DNA from: Octopus sinensis
Taxonomy: Eukaryota
Assembly (NCBI RefSeq): GCF_006345805.1
Contig: NC_042999.1
Location: forward strand, 14,012,001 to 14,076,000
Direction of reading: 5' to 3'
DNA length: 64,000 nucleotides
The number at the start of each line of letters is the position of its first letter. Positions within the stretch are counted from its first letter, which is position 1. Below are positions 27,901 through 42,759 of this stretch, piece by piece. The notes under the pieces were generated by a model. It was not told the origin of the DNA. It was given only the letters and a program-made list of their open reading frames with translations, and ran no database searches. The position numbers were made by a program, and so were the translations under genes.

Positions 27901-28782
27901 CAGGCCATAGAAGCTACTGTTTTTCCGGGTGCTGCTAGTCATGTCTTGAGACTCAACAGAAAATGTCTCTTCTTGAGTTCCAAGAGCTGACAAGAAAAAC
28001 TCAATGTTAAAGGAAGCTACTGGCCAGGATGTGAAGGGCCAAGAAGCTACCCTTCTCCCTACCTTCCTGTAGCATCTCTCCACCATCAAGCGACTATAGT
28101 GGGGTCGCTTTGCCTTTTCTGTCTGTAAAATTTATAAAAAAAGGAAACAAAACAGGACAACATTAATAATGATTCCAAATTTTGGTACAACACCTGTGAT
28201 TTTAGGGAAAGGAGACTGTTGATTGCTTTGACCCCAATACTCAGCTGGTACTTTCTTTTATTGAGCTTTAAAGGATGAAATGCAAAGTTTACCTTAGTGG
28301 GATTTGAACTCAAAACATTAAGAGCCATGCCCGGAATTGCTGAAGCATGGAATAAACTACCAGCATCACTTGTTAGCTGTTGGGACACTACACCCTTCAA
28401 AACTTCCCAACTCCCCAAAATTCATCAACAGTACATCTGATGGCCCCACCTCACCCCTTTTTTTTTTAAAAAACAACTTATTCACTGACCACTTCTTGTG
28501 CATTATTCTATGTACAGTTCATGCACTTTTGGCCACTTTTTCTGATGAGTTGTTGTGCATGTGAGCACTGAATACAATGAGATCATCATTTTGATTGTAA
28601 CTGTAAGATACTCTGAGAGTACATGGGACACGAAGGAGTCTTTTGGGTCTGTAATACGAAATGTTATAATAATTATAGTGTTCTGTATAAGAAGGGGATT
28701 AAAAACTATTCTTTCCATTAATTTGTATGACCATGTACTTACATTGGTTTCAAAATTTTGGTGCAGGACCAGTAATTTTGAG

Positions 28783-29037
28783 CAGGGCTGTGGAGTCGGA
28801 ATCAGAGTCAGAAACAATTAAAGGGTTGCTGGAGTCGGAGTCGGAGTTGGTTAAACTATACTGACTCTGACTCTGACTCACAATATCTTTATTCTTTAAT
28901 ATAAACCAGTTATAACATAAGGGCCTACTCAAAGTACAAGCGTATGCATATGCTTTATGAGATATGTAGACCACAGTCACTTAATTACATAGAGAGGAGT
29001 CAGAGTCGAAGTTTTTTGTTTTGACTCCACAGCCCTG
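28783..29037. mobile_element. hAT-like MITE inserted in a SINE
   Basis: 15-bp TIR CAGGGCTGTGGAGTC/GACTCCACAGCCCTG, GGAGTC subterminal repeats, decayed 8-bp TSD ATTTTGAG/ATTTCAAG. Confidence 0.8.
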
Positions 29038-32000
29038 ATTTCAAGGATGGAGTAAATTGATCACATCGACACCAGTTTGCAACTGGTACTTATTTTGGTG
29101 ACCCTGAATGGATGAAAGGCAAAGTCAACTTTGACAGAATTTGAACACAGAATGTAAAAATAGACGAAATACTGCTTAGAATTTTACCAAACATGCTAGT
29201 GAATCTGCCAGCTCCCTGACTTATACCATGTACCAATATTGGTTGCAAATTTTGCCACAAGGTTGGCGATTTTGAAGGAAGGGTTAAATCAATCACACCA
29301 ACCCCAGTGTTCAGCTGGTACATATTCTATCAATCCTGAAAGGACAAAAGGCAAAGCTGACCTCAGTTGAATTTGAACTCAGAATGTAAAGACAAATGAA
29401 ATACCACTAAGCATTTAGCCCGGTGTGCCAGTGATTCTACCAACTCAGTGCCTTAGACCATGTACTATATTAATAACCATTATTATTGTTCTTTTTGAGA
29501 GTGGTAAGCTGGCAGAATCATTAGCACACCAGGCAAAATGTTTAGCAGTATTTCGTCTGCCACTTTGTTCTGAGTTCAAATTCCAACCGAGGTCGACTTT
29601 GCCTTTCATCCTTTCGGGGTCGATTAAATAAGTACCAGTTACGCACTGGGGTCAATATAATCGACTTGATCCGTTTGTCTGTCCTTGTTTGTCCTCTCTG
29701 TGTTTAGCCTCTTGTGGGTAATAAAGAAATAGAAATAGGTATTTCGTCGGCCGTTATGATCTGAGTTCAAATTCCACCAACGTTGAATTTGCCTTTCCTC
29801 CTTTCAGGATCATCATCATCATCATCATCATTAGTATCGTTTAACGTCCGCTTTCCATGCTAGCATGGGTTGGACGATTTGACTGAGGTCTGGTGAACCA
29901 GATGGCTGCACCAGGCTCCAATCTTGATCTGGCAGAGTTTCTACAGCTGGATGCCCTTCCTAATGCCAATCACTCTGAGAGTGTAGTGGGTGCTTTTTAC
30001 ATGCCACCTGCACGGGAGCCAGTCAGGTGGTACTGGCAACAGCCACGCTCAAATGGTTTTTCTTTTATGTGCCACCTGCACAGGAGCCAGTCCCGTGGCA
30101 CTGGCAACGACCTCACTTAAATGTCTTTAACGATCAGCCTCAAATGGTGCCTTTTACATGCCACCGGTACAGAAGCTAGTTAGCCGCTCTGGCAACGATC
30201 ACACTCAGATGGTGCTTTACCACCCTACCAGCATGGGGCACAAATGCCAGTAAGGTGATGCTTGTAACGATCACACTTGAATGGTGTCTTTTATGTGCCA
30301 CTGGCACGGAAGCCAGTAAGCCGCTCTGGCAATGATCAGGCTTGGATGGTGCTCTTAGCGCTCGATAAAATAAGTACCAGTTACACACTGGGGTCAATGT
30401 AACCTACTAGTTGCCTTCCTCCTAAAATTTTCAAGGCCTTGTGCTTAGAGTAGAAATTATTTTTTATTGTCAGTTTTGTTGTTGTTGTTGTTTTAATGTA
30501 GCACCAACACAAAGTTTGAGATAAAGAGAGGTTGGATATGTGAGAACTGTTGTCATGGCTAAATGTGTTTGGCAACAAGAAATAGGAGACAGCAGGGCAG
30601 CAAAATGGTTTATTTATTTTTTTATCACTTCCTACAAAAAAAAAAAACAAAAACAAAAACAAAACAAAAACGGTATCTTTTTTATTTATTTATTTATGTC
30701 TGTTTGTTGTTTGAGCTTAGCTTTCATATCAGAACATTTGAGTTATTGAATATAAGCAGAAAAATTTGAAGAGGTTATGATGCCGTACATTGGCAAAATT
30801 CAAAAGCGAAGAAAAGGAGAGCTGCAAATATGATATGTTAGGTTGCCACGAAAGAGAAGAATAATATCTCTAACATGTGAGACAGAATTCTTGGCATTGG
30901 AGAAGGAGGAAAGAATATGGAAAGATGGTCTAATAACGGAATATATAATAAGAAAGCAGAGGTGAGAAGAAGTAAGATTAGTAGGAGGTAAAGAGAGAGA
31001 TGATGAAAAAAATACGTAGGAAGTCTAACTGAGGTGTGAGGGGTAAGATATTAAGCCAATGAGCTGGAAACTAAGTAGAAATAATCTTTTGGTGTCGATT
31101 CCATGGGTGACTGACTTTTGCCACTGCTTTTCTTTGATGTCTCATTGAACCTATCATTATTGCCAAAAGAAACCAGGAATATAAAAATGGATCTTCTTAA
31201 TATGATGTATATACTTGGAAAAAAAAATAGCCAAAGCAACAAAAGCAATAAAAAAAACAGAACAAAGACCAAAAACAACAACAAAAGTGTTCTATGTTTT
31301 TCTTACTTTCTTTTTTTTTTGCTTATTCATATTATCTGTATATTTGTTGTTGATGTTGTTAGTGGTGGTGGTGATGGTGGTGGTGGTGGTGATTGTGGTG
31401 GTGGGGTCAGCTGCTCAGTTCTTGGTCAGACTTCTCTGAGCAGTCCTATTCTTTGATTCTATGTTTAAATTGCTTTTTTTTTAAATTGTTCCAGTCATTG
31501 TACTGTGGCCATGTTGGGGCATTCCCTTGAAGAGTTTGGCAGAAAAGATTTGACCCAAGTACTTAGTCTATCAATCTCTTGTGCTGAAATAGTAAGTTAT
31601 AGGGACATAAACAAACCAACATCAATTGTCAATCAGTAAGGGGACAAACATGTATGCATTCATACATACATACATACATACATACACATACATACATACA
31701 TATGTACATACATACGTACATACATACGTACATACATACATATATGCATACATACATGCATACATACATATGTACATACATACGTACATACATACATACA
31801 TATATACATACACAAATGCATACATACATACATACATACATACATACATACATACATACATACACACATGCATACATACATACATATACTTACATCATCA
31901 TTGTCATCATCATTGCCATCGTCATTGTCATCATCATCACCATCATCATCATCACTCAACATCTGTCTTCCATGCTGGCATGAGTTGGACGGTTTGACAG

Positions 32001-32805
32001 GAGCTGGCAAGCCTGGGGATTGCACTAAGATCTCCTGTCTGCTTTGACATGGTTTTTACAGCAATCTGCACATACGTATACATATACTTACTTAAATATA
32101 CATATACACACATATAGACACACATTTACATATACATACATATATATACATGCACATACTCTTTTAGTCTTTTAGTCTTTTACTTTTTTTCAGTCATTTA
32201 ACTGTGGCCATGCTGGAGCACCGCTTTTAGTCGAGCAATTCGACCCCAGGACTTATTCTTTGTAAGTCTAGTACTTATTCTATCAGTCTCTTTTGACGAA
32301 CCGCTAAGTTATGGGGGACGCAAAAAAACACCAGCATCGGTTGTCAAGTGGTGTTGGGGGGACAAACACAAACACACAAACATATACACAGACACATACA
32401 TACATACACATATACAATGGGCTTCTTTCAGTTTCCATCTACCAAATCCACTCACAAGGCTTTGGTTGGGCTGAGGCTAAGTTGCCATGCAGTGGGAATG
32501 AACCTGGAACCATGTGGTTAGTAAGTAGGCTACTTACCACACAGCCACTCCTACGCTTGAAAAAAGCAGACCAGCCATCGGATGCGAAACCACATCTACA
32601 AAATCCATGCATATGGCATTGGGCAGCCCAGAACTATTGTAGAAGGCACTCACCCAAGGTGGGACACAGTGGTACAGAACATGAAACCATGTGATTGGAA
32701 AGCAAATATCTTGACCAAGCAACTGTGCCTGCACTTATTATCAAAGCCATTCTCATCAAGACCACCCTGATTTTTTTCCTTTCTTTTTCTAGGCTAATAT
32801 ATATT

Positions 32806-33198
32806 CTACTCTAGGCACAAATTCTGAAATTTTGGGGTAAGTGGTCAGTTGATTAGATTGACCCCAGTACACAGCTGGTACTTAATGTATCAACCCCTGA
32901 AAGGATGAAAGGTAAAGTGGACCTCAGCGGAATTTGAACTCAGAACATAATGGCAGACAAAATACCTATTTCTTTACTACCCACAAGGGGCTAAACACAG
33001 AGGGGACAAACAAGGACAGACAAAGGGATTAAGTCAATTACACCGACCCCAGTGCATAACTGGTACTTAATTTATCACCCTTGAAAGGATGAAAGGCAAA
33101 GTCAACCTCAGCTGAATTTGAACTCAGAACGTAATGGCAGATGAAATACCGCTAAGCATTTCACCTGGCATGCTAACGTTTCTGCCAGCTCGCCACCT
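32806..33198 (-). mobile_element. Dimeric tRNA-derived SINE (family C)
   Basis: Two core units between the direct repeat TAGGCTAATATATATT. Confidence 0.85.
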
Positions 33199-33779
33199 TA
33201 GGCTAATATATATTAGATTATATAATCACCCAGTTTATCTTTCAATTCTTTGAAATGATACTGTATGACGTGAAGGAGATTTAGTTTCTATTTCTAGCAG
33301 GTTGACCAACTGCATAGAAGTTCCCTCATTGTATCCTCTGTTTATATGTATTCTATTTATGTTTTTGCAATTAACTTTCGCAATTTAACAAGCCAAAAAT
33401 TCAAATTATTTAACACATTATATAATACGAATGAATAATAATGAAATCTTATTTTATTGCATTCAATCAACACATTTTCTCACAGCTGTTTTCTCATAGA
33501 CATTATTTTATGAATGCTTGTTTTGAAAATAGAAAAGAGAAAAACATCATTATTCAATATTCTTTGGATATTTTGAAGAATGGCACGAGAGAAATACTAA
33601 AGAGAAAAAAGAAAACAGAAGAAAGGAAAATAAACACCTGAAAATAAATGGATTAGCATCAACAACCGATACAAATACAAATGACGTTAACGAGTGCAGA
33701 CTGCAAATATCTGGTGTGGGGGTTCAAACCGTGTAGAGAAAAAGGAACTGTCTAGTATAATGGTTTAGTCCAGTGGTTC

Positions 33780-34750
33780 ACGATGGCAGCGAGCTGGCAG
33801 AATCATTAGCACGCTGGGCGAAATGCATAGCCATATTTCGTCTGCTGTTACGTAAGAGTTCAAATTCCGCCAAGGTCCACTTTGCCTTTGATCCTTTCAG
33901 GGTCGATAAATTAAGTACCAGTTACACACTGGGGTCGATGTAATTGACTTAATCCGTGTGTCTGTCCTTGTTTGTCCCCTCTGCATTTTGCCCCTTGTGG
34001 GTAGTAAAGAAATAGCTATTTTGTCTGCTGTTACATTCTGAGTTCAAATTCCGCCGAGTTTGACTTAACCTTTCATCTTTTCAGGGTCGATAAATTAAGT
34101 ACCAGTTACACACTGGGGGTCGATGTAATTGACTTAATCCATTTGTCTGTCCTTGTTTGTCCCCTCTGCATTTTGCCCATTGTGGGTAGTAAAGAAATAG
34201 CTATTTCGTCTGCCGTTACGTAAGAGTTCAAATTCCGCCAAAGTCCACTTTGCCTTTCATCCTTTCAGGGTCGATAAATTAAGTACCAGTTACGCACTGG
34301 GGTCGATGTAATCGACTTAATCCATGTGTCTGTCCTTGTTTGTCCCCTCTGCATTTTGCCCCTTGTGGGTAGTAAAGAAATAGCCATTTTGTCTGCTGTT
34401 ACGTTCTGAGTTCAAATTCCGCCAAGTTTGACTTCGCCTTTCATCCTTTCGGGGTCAATAAATTAAGTACCAGTTACACACTGGGGTTGATGTAATCGAC
34501 TTAATCCATTTGTCTGTCCTTGTTTGTCCCCTCTGCATTTTACCCCTTGTGGGTAATAAAGAAATAGCTATTTTGTCTGCTGTTATGTTCTGAGTTCAAA
34601 TTCCGCCGAGGTTGACTTTGCCTTTCATCCTTTCAGGGTCGATAAATTAAGTATAAGTTACGCACTGGGGTCGATGTAATCGATTTAATCCGTGTGTCTG
34701 TCCTTGTTTGTCCCTTCTGTGTTTAGCCCCTTGTGGGTAGTAAAGAAATA
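33780..34750 (+). mobile_element. Pentameric family C SINE: tRNA head plus five ~183-bp units
   Basis: Head GAGCTGGCAGAATCATTAGC with B-box GAGTTCAAATTCC; core GCCTTTCATCCTTTCGGGGTCGATAAATTAAGTACCAG; 18-bp TSD GGTTTAGTCCAGTGGTTC at 33762 and 34751. Confidence 0.9.
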
Positions 34751-35398
34751 GGTTTAGTCCAGTGGTTCCCAAACATTTTCGGGTTGCCACCCCATCACAC
34801 CCAGGTCATATTTCTATCACCCCTACCTCACTCACCATCATAAACATAGACGACTTTCTGCAGCAAATTTAACTGTTTACTCTTTACTTTTTTATTCTTT
34901 TATTTGTTTCAGTCATTTGACTGTGGCCATGCTGGAGTACCACCTTTAGTTGAACAAATCGCCCTCAGGACTTATTCTTTGTAAGCCTAGTACTTATTCT
35001 ATCAGTCTCTTTTGCCGAGCTGCTAAGTTACAGAGACATAAACAAACCAACATCAGTTGTCAAGCAATGATGGGGGTACAAACACACACACACACACACA
35101 CATACACACACACACATACACACATATATGATGGGCTTCTTTCAGTTTCCGTCTACCAAATCCACTTGCAAGGCTTTGGTCGGCCAAAGGTTATAGTAGA
35201 AGACACTTACCCAAGGTGCCATACAGTGAGACTGAACCGGGAACCATGCGGTTAGAAAATAAGCTACTTACCACACAAAGGCTGCTAAGCATTTGTTCAG
35301 AAAATCTAATGATTCTGCAAACTCACTACCTTAATAATAATAATGGTTCCAATTTAAGCTCAAGACCAGAAATTTCAGGGAAGTGGGTAAGATGACTA

Positions 35399-36241
35399 CT
35401 GTATTTTAACATGTATAAGAAACCCCTTTTTGTCAAAAATTAGGTTAAGCAAATATGGGAGTTTCTTATACATAAATAATATTATCACGTGATCACGTGA
35501 CCGACCAGACCATCAGATGTTGCTACACATCACTGGTCACAATGCGTTTGCATTGTTTTAGCCTTCAAACGACGCCACCTCGCTGGCTAAGCAAGCAGGC
35601 CAAGAGAAGAAAATGAGAAAGAGTGGTGAAAGAGTACAGCAGGGATCACCACCCCCTGCCGGAGCCTCATGGACCTTTTTAGGTGTTTTCGCTCAATAAA
35701 CACACACAACGCCCAGTCTGGGAATCGAAACCGCGATCCTACGACTGCCAGTCCACTGCCCTAACCACTGGGCCATTGCGCCTCCACAAATAGTATTATA
35801 GATATTAATAAATTACTTAATTCCTTGAACCTAATATCACCATGATTTCTAACATCGTAAGCCTCAGGCCGAAACCCATTGGGTTGCAATGGACAAGTTG
35901 CTATCCGTTTGCCAAGCAACGGCATTTGCAGAAAGCAGCCATCATGAACGATGATTATCTGCCAAACAGTTCTTACTGAGACTGTTGAATCTGTATTTTT
36001 GTATTAACGCAAAGGTCCTATATTGTATTTAAAATTATGAGCAAACACGCAAGGGAAAACATTAACACTTTTTAAAACCCAGGCTGCATACGGAGGTCAT
36101 ACAACCTATCAGAGACAGCAAACATGCTCAATGGCCATATATGGCAATACAGCTCACACTGTAACCTTTTTTCTGAATTTTAAGCCCCAAAATTAGGGGG
36201 TTCCTTATACACAAGGGTTTCTTATACATTTTAAAATATAG
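35399..36241. mobile_element. Tc/pogo-like MITE with a nested SINE (~35484-35790, minus)
   Basis: TA-CTGTATTTTAACATGTATAAGAAACCC / GGGTTTCTTATACATTTTAAAATATAG-TA; a related fragment lies at ~62373-62500. Confidence 0.75.
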
Positions 36242-36378
36242 TACATTGACCCAAATGCTCAACTACATGAAAGGCAACATTGGCAGAATTTGAACTCAGA
36301 ATGTAAAGTTGAAAGAAACGCTGCAAAGCATTTTTTGTGATGCACTAATGGTTCTGTTAGCTTACTGCCTTTGCCGCC

Positions 36379-36419
<41 letters not shown>

Positions 36420-36421
<2 letters not shown>

Positions 36422-36785
36422 GAGCACTGAGAGAGCATAAACCTCCAACAAGGCAACACCAACGTCCTCTCAATGATTAGCCAGAGATGATTTTTAAAAT
36501 GAGAATATTTGAAATAAACTCGATTGCTCTCACAAATGAGAATACTAAAAATGAACGTGACTACTCTAAAAAATAAAAAAAAAAACAGGGAAAATAATCC
36601 AGAATCCTTGTCCAGTACCAGATAGACCCCAAAATGTAATCAGTTCTTGCCAGGAACGAGGCCAAACATCCCGGCAAGTTTCATCAGAATCCATTCAGCA
36701 GTTCTTGAAATACTTTGTCCACAGACAGACAAACAAACAAACATGACTGAAAACAATACCTCTTCCTTTGCTAAGGTGGAGGTAA
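36420..36785 (+). mobile_element. Probable non-autonomous Helentron/HINE-like element
   Basis: AAGTTTCATCAGAATCC, ACAG/ACAA microsatellite, 3' hairpin ACCTC..GGAGGT; sits within (TAA)n. Confidence 0.5.
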
Positions 36786-37099
36786 TAATAATAATCCTTT
36801 CTACAGGAATCACAAGACCTCAAATTTTGGGGAAGAGATTAAGTCAATTACATCGACCACAGTATGTAACTGGTACTTATTTAATCGATCCTGAAAGGAT
36901 GAGAGGCAAAAGTCGACCTCGGTGGAATTTGAACTCAGAACATGAAGAGGATGAAATACCACAAGACATTTTGCCCGGCATGCTAACAATTCAGCCAGTT
37001 CACTACCCTAATAACAATAATAATAATAATAATAATAATAATGAGGAGGGGGAGGAGGAAGTGGAGGAGGAGGAGGAGGAGGAAGTGGAGGAGGTGGAG

Positions 37100-37435
37100 A
37101 CCCCCTTTGGTCATGAATGACCGTAGGATTGCACCTAGAAAGTTACCCTCCCAGACACAAGTAAGGGCAAGATTGTTTGTGGAAGACCAGCAGTCACCCA
37201 TGCATGTCAGCCTCCCCTCTCTATGCCACTGATGTTATCCAAGGGAAAGGCAAAGGGGCCGATACAACTTGGCACCAGTGATGTTGCAACTCATTTCTAC
37301 AGCTGAGTTAACAGGAGAACGTGAAATAAAGTATCTTGCTCAAGAACACAACACGCAGCCCGGTCTGAAGAATTGAAGTCCCAACCTCACGATCTTAAGC
37401 TTGATGCTCTAACCACTGAGCCATGCACCTTCACA
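37100..37435 (-). mobile_element. tRNA-derived SINE family D
   Basis: Head GCATGGCTCAGTGGTTAGAGC, core GTTCTTGAGCAAGATACTTTATTTCACG; second copy at ~41857-42190. Confidence 0.8.
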
Positions 37436-38323
37436 ATAATAATAATAATGATGATGATGATGATGATAAGAAGAGGAAGAAGAAGAATGAGTGCTCATGG
37501 GAACTGCTCATATCCTAAGAAAAATATTGTCTATTTTATCCCCAAACCAGTTTAATCTGTAAACTGTATCAGAATACTTTTGAATGCCCCAGCATGGCCA
37601 CAGTCTAATGAGTGAAACAAGTTAAAGATAAATAATATAGGGTGTACATGTACATCCACACATGCACTCACACGCACACACACAAACATACATATGCACA
37701 CATACACACGCACACATTTGAACACACACACACACACACACAAACACACATACACACACACAAACACACATACACACACACTCAAACACAAACACACGCA
37801 TGCACACACACTCACATGGACACATGGACACACATACACACAAATATACACATACACGCAATCAAACACACATTTGAACACACACATACATACACACAAA
37901 CACACATACATGCACACATTCAAACACAAACACACACATGCACACATACTCACATACACACATGCACATGGACACATGGACACACACACATACACAAACA
38001 TACACATACACACAATCAAACACGCACATACACACACACATACACACGTACACACACACTCAAACACAGAGACAAACACATAGGCATAAACACACAGACG
38101 GACACACTGACACACATACATCCACCCACACACACACACAGAGTTATATATGGCCATAACCAAATTAGGTGCAGCTCTTTAATATGCTTCTTTTCATGGT
38201 CTAATCAGAATTTTACGCATATTACTTTTTTACATGCTTAATTAGGCATTTGTTAGTTTGTTTGTTTATTTATTTACTTTATATTGCAATTGGTGAACAA
38301 TAGTCTTCTGCGGGTTAATCTCT

Positions 38324-38589
38324 GGTTTACAAGCATTTGTGATGACGTGAGAAGGAACACGGGAGTATCTGTAACATGCGGCAGAACAAATATCTCAATT
38401 TCATTCGCAAAATATGTTTTATATTTTATTTAAGGTTTTATGCTGATGCTGACATTCTACACCACTATTTACACACACACACACACACACACACAGATGG
38501 TTTACAGCATTTGTGATGATGCGAGAAGGAACACAGGAGTATCTGTAACATGCAGCAGAACAAATATCTCAATTTCATTCACAAGATAT
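38324..38589. repeat. Local ~90-bp direct duplication
   Basis: GCATTTGTGATGA..GAGAAGGAACAC.GGAGTATCTGTAACATGC..ATCTCAATTTCATTC occurs twice, ~175 bp apart. Confidence 0.85.
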
Positions 38590-38605
38590 TTACACACACA
38601 CAAAT

Positions 38606-38640
<35 letters not shown>

Positions 38641-38676
38641 CACACACACACAAACACACAAACACACACACACACG

Positions 38677-38711
<35 letters not shown>

Positions 38712-39549
38712 TTGGTCATCTGTTCAGTTGTTGGCTACCAAAATCCGGTCAGCAAGCGTTGTTTAATCCACAGCTATGCAGATGTATAGAAAGAATTCAC
38801 TCAAGGTACCAGATTGTGGGATTGTATCACCAGCTTATGTAATATATTATCAGGATGTTGACATTGGCACAGCATAATGTAGTGTTATATAAGAGAAGAA
38901 CCGCAGCTTTCTTAATAGTCTTTTCAGTTTAAGTGCCATAGCATGTTTGATTAAACAATCAGGAGCGAAAACCTTTTATACAGGCCACTCAGCTGTGTGA
39001 TATTTACTTGAAGGTGATTGAATTTCTGTCACCATCAGAGAATCATTAGGAACACTACAAAAGGATTATACCATTAGGATATGCAAACACTTTGCCAATT
39101 TAGTTTAATACAGGGATTCCTCAATAAAGCGCTGCAAGACCTTTGCAAAATGGTTTTTCAAAAACCATAGACAACAAGAACAAAATAATTAAAGAAATGA
39201 ATCTAATGAAGCCAAGCTCTGTAATTCCGTTTATTAATTAGAATGTTGGTGTAGAATGCAATATAGGAGAAGAGAGACCCAATTAAATATTGACTTTAAT
39301 ACTGCAATATTGTAATAAACCCCTTTTCTATAAATTTATTCTAATTATATGTGTTAAGATGAATATTTACTTTTTCCTGTGTTAAACGGTAAATTTAAAA
39401 ACATGCAATCATGTTTAGTAAACTCTGTACATTGACTCAAAGCTACAAATTTGTTGAAAGAGGAGTGTATTTGAAACTTAATTATCCCTGGAAATAACCC
39501 AGTATATATTTGATCAAATAAGGAATGACAAGAAAATTTGAACCTTTAA

Positions 39550-39776
39550 CCCTTTTGATATGACCTGCCAGAAACCATCACTGGCTTTTATCACAGAAAC
39601 TTCCTGTTTTAAAGCGATCTAAATTGAAGCCTTCCATCAAGACTTCACTTCGATGTATGTTCAAAACATCAGCTTAATAACCACAGTTTATTTCCCTAAA
39701 TTCTTCAGTATTTTCAAAAATTAAGTGAAAATAAAAGAAGAGATTGTATTTCAATAGAAATATGATAGCAAAAGAA
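39550..39776. mobile_element. Decayed piggyBac-like MITE
   Basis: TTAA-CCCTTTTGATA ... TAGCAAAAGAA-TTAA. Confidence 0.45.
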
Positions 39777-41514
39777 TTAATTAAATAAACAAGACATCTT
39801 TTATTGATAGAAGATTATAAATTTATTTGAGAAGAGATAGAGTAAATTAAATAGCCCCCTAGTGAATGCCCTCATTCATATTTGATCAAATAAGCCTTCT
39901 GCTTTAATTAATCAATAATGATTTCTTAACCACTACACCCCTAGATCCAAGAATGGCTGTGTGTTTACAAAACTCACTTGCTACTACATGTTCACAGGTT
40001 CAATCCCATTTTGGGTAAGTGCCTTTTATATAGCCCTGGTCTGACCAAAGCTTTGTGACTGAATTTTGTAGATAGGAACCTGTGTGGCAGCTGGATAGCA
40101 GATGTTAAATGATGCTGCTGCAGCTGATATCATCATCATCAGTGTTTAACATCTGGTTTCCATGCTGGCATGGGTTGGGAAGTTTGACAGAGGTCTGGAG
40201 CACCAGTGGCTGCACCAGGCTCCAAGCAAGTTGTTTCTGTTGACCAGATCAACTGGAACCACCGTCATCGTAACTGACGGAGTGCCAGTTATGCATCAGT
40301 GGTCTTGTAGGTAAAGATGCTCTTTTCCTCTTTTACTTGTAACAGTCATTTGACTGTGGCCATGCTGGAGCACCGTCTTTAGTCAAGGAAATCAACCCCA
40401 GGACTTATTCTTTGTAAGCCTAGTACTTATTCTATCGGTCTCTTTTGATGAACTGCTAAGTTACGGGGACATAAACACACCAGCATCGCTTGTCAAGTGA
40501 TGTTGGTGGGGACAAACACAGACACACAAACATACACACACATACATATAAACATATATACGACGGTGTGTATATTTGCACAAGTGATTGGAAAAGGGTT
40601 TAAAGAAAGAACACTTATGTCAGAAGGACCAGAATTGGTGGGAGGGTGGAAGGAACATGAATATATTCTTTTATTCTTTTCAGTCATTTGACTGCAGCCA
40701 TGCTGGAGCACCACCTTTAGTCGAGCACATTGACCCCAGTACTTATTCTTTGTAAGCCTACTACTTATTCTATCGGTCTCTTTTGCTGAACTGCTAAGTT
40801 ACGGGGACGTAAACACACCAGCATCGGTTGTCAAGTGATGTTGGTGGGGACAAACACAGACACACAAACACACACACATATACATATACATATATATGAC
40901 GGGCTTCTTTCAGTTTCTTATTTCCATCATTGAATTGTAGCCATGTTGGAGCACACCCTGAAGGGTTTGTTTGAACCAATTGACCCCCAACCCCCAGTAC
41001 TTATTTTAAGTCTGGTATTTATTCTATCAGTCTCTTTTAGCAAAGTACCAAATTGCAGGGATGTAAACAAACCCACACTGGTTATCAAGTGGTGGTGATG
41101 GTAGTGTTGACGGTGGTGGTGGGACAAACACAAACACAAAGGCACACAATATATACATACACACACACAGAGATAGGGCTTCTTTCAGTTTCTATCAACC
41201 AAATTCACTCGCAAGGCTTTGGTCAATCCAGGGCAATAGTAGAAGACACTTACCAAGGGTTCCACACAGTGGGACTGAACCCAGAACTATGAGGTTGTGA
41301 AGCAAACTTCTTACCACACGGCAATATTGCCACCTATATATGTATATTTTTCTTGGGAATTATGTAAAGAGTGTCTTATCTGTGGAATACCAAAAGACTA
41401 ACTCAATGAGCCGGCAGTTCAGTTTATAAGCATTATATAAATGGATGTGAATGTCTGAATGGTCCAACACAGATGTAAACATTGTTGTAGACGAAACAAA
41501 GGACTGTTGCATTT

Positions 41515-41696
41515 GTACATTATGTACATTTTATTTACATTATTTACATTTGACGGATATTTGTCCTGATCTTGCTTGTTGTTAACACAGTGGTTCGACT
41601 GATATACCCTCTAGCCTTTATCAGGTGCATATGGCATACTGGTTAAGAGTATGGGCTACTAAGCCCAAGATTCTGAGTTTGTTTCCTGGCAGTGAT

Positions 41697-41730
<34 letters not shown>
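41515..41730. mobile_element. Rearranged copy of the tRNA-head/hammerhead element: decayed hammerhead on minus, tRNA head on plus
   Basis: 41515-41626 matches 62065-62167; 41627-41700 is the reverse complement of 62275-62348 and is followed by (AAT)n. Confidence 0.75.
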
Positions 41731-41736
<6 letters not shown>

Positions 41737-41763
41737 TAATAATAATACTAATAATAATAATGA

Positions 41764-41807
<44 letters not shown>

Positions 41808-42250
41808 ATAATAATAATAATAATAATAATAAAATAATAATAATAATAAAGTTGCTGAGACCCCCTTCGGTCATTACTGACCAAAGGATTGCACCTAGAA
41901 AGTTACCTTCCCAGGCACAAGTCTGGGCAAGGTTGTTTATGGAAGACCAGCAGTCACCCATGCATACCGACCTACCCTCTCCACGCTACCAGTGTTATCC
42001 AAGGGAAAGGCAAAGGGGCCGATACAGCTTGGCACCTGTGATGTCGCAACTCATTTCTACAATTGAGTGAAATGGAGCAATGTGAAATAAAGTGTCTTGC
42101 TCAAAAACACAACACACAGCCCAGTCCGAGATTCGAACTCACAACTTCATGATTGCAAGCTTGATGATCTAGCTACTGAGCCATGCACCTTAATAATAAT
42201 AATAATAATAATAATAACAATAATAATAATAATAATAACAATATAATAAT

Positions 42251-42281
<31 letters not shown>

Positions 42282-42759
42282 CAACAATAATAATAATAAT
42301 AATAATAATCATAATAATAATAATAATAATAATCATAATAATAATAATAACAACAACTACTCTAAGCACAAAGCCTGAAATTTTGGGGGAGGGGGCTTGT
42401 GTTGATTATATCAACCCCGGTACACAATTGGTTCTTAATTTATCAACCCTGAAAGGATGAAAGGCAAAGTCGACCTCAGTGGAGTTTGAACTCAGAACAT
42501 AAAGACAGACAAAATAGCGCTAAGCATTTTGCCCGGCATGCTAATGTTTCTGTCAGCTCACCACCTTCTAGAGAGAAAGAACATTCTTTTAGCAGAGAGA
42601 CTTTACTGTTACTACATATTTCTTGCTCAGAGTTTTAAAATTAGTTGCCTTTCTTATTACGAGATCAGCAACTGTGTGCCACTTTAAAAGTATATATTAT
42701 GAGCAAGGTCAAGTGGCTGCTGTCTCTAGCTGGTAATTGAAGGGATTAGAATGATGTCC

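Noticed and set aside
37552-38241. His/Thr and Cys/Val-rich ORFs (also at 31.6, 43.4 and 54.4 kb)
   Set aside because: Translations of (CA)n and (TACA)n tracts
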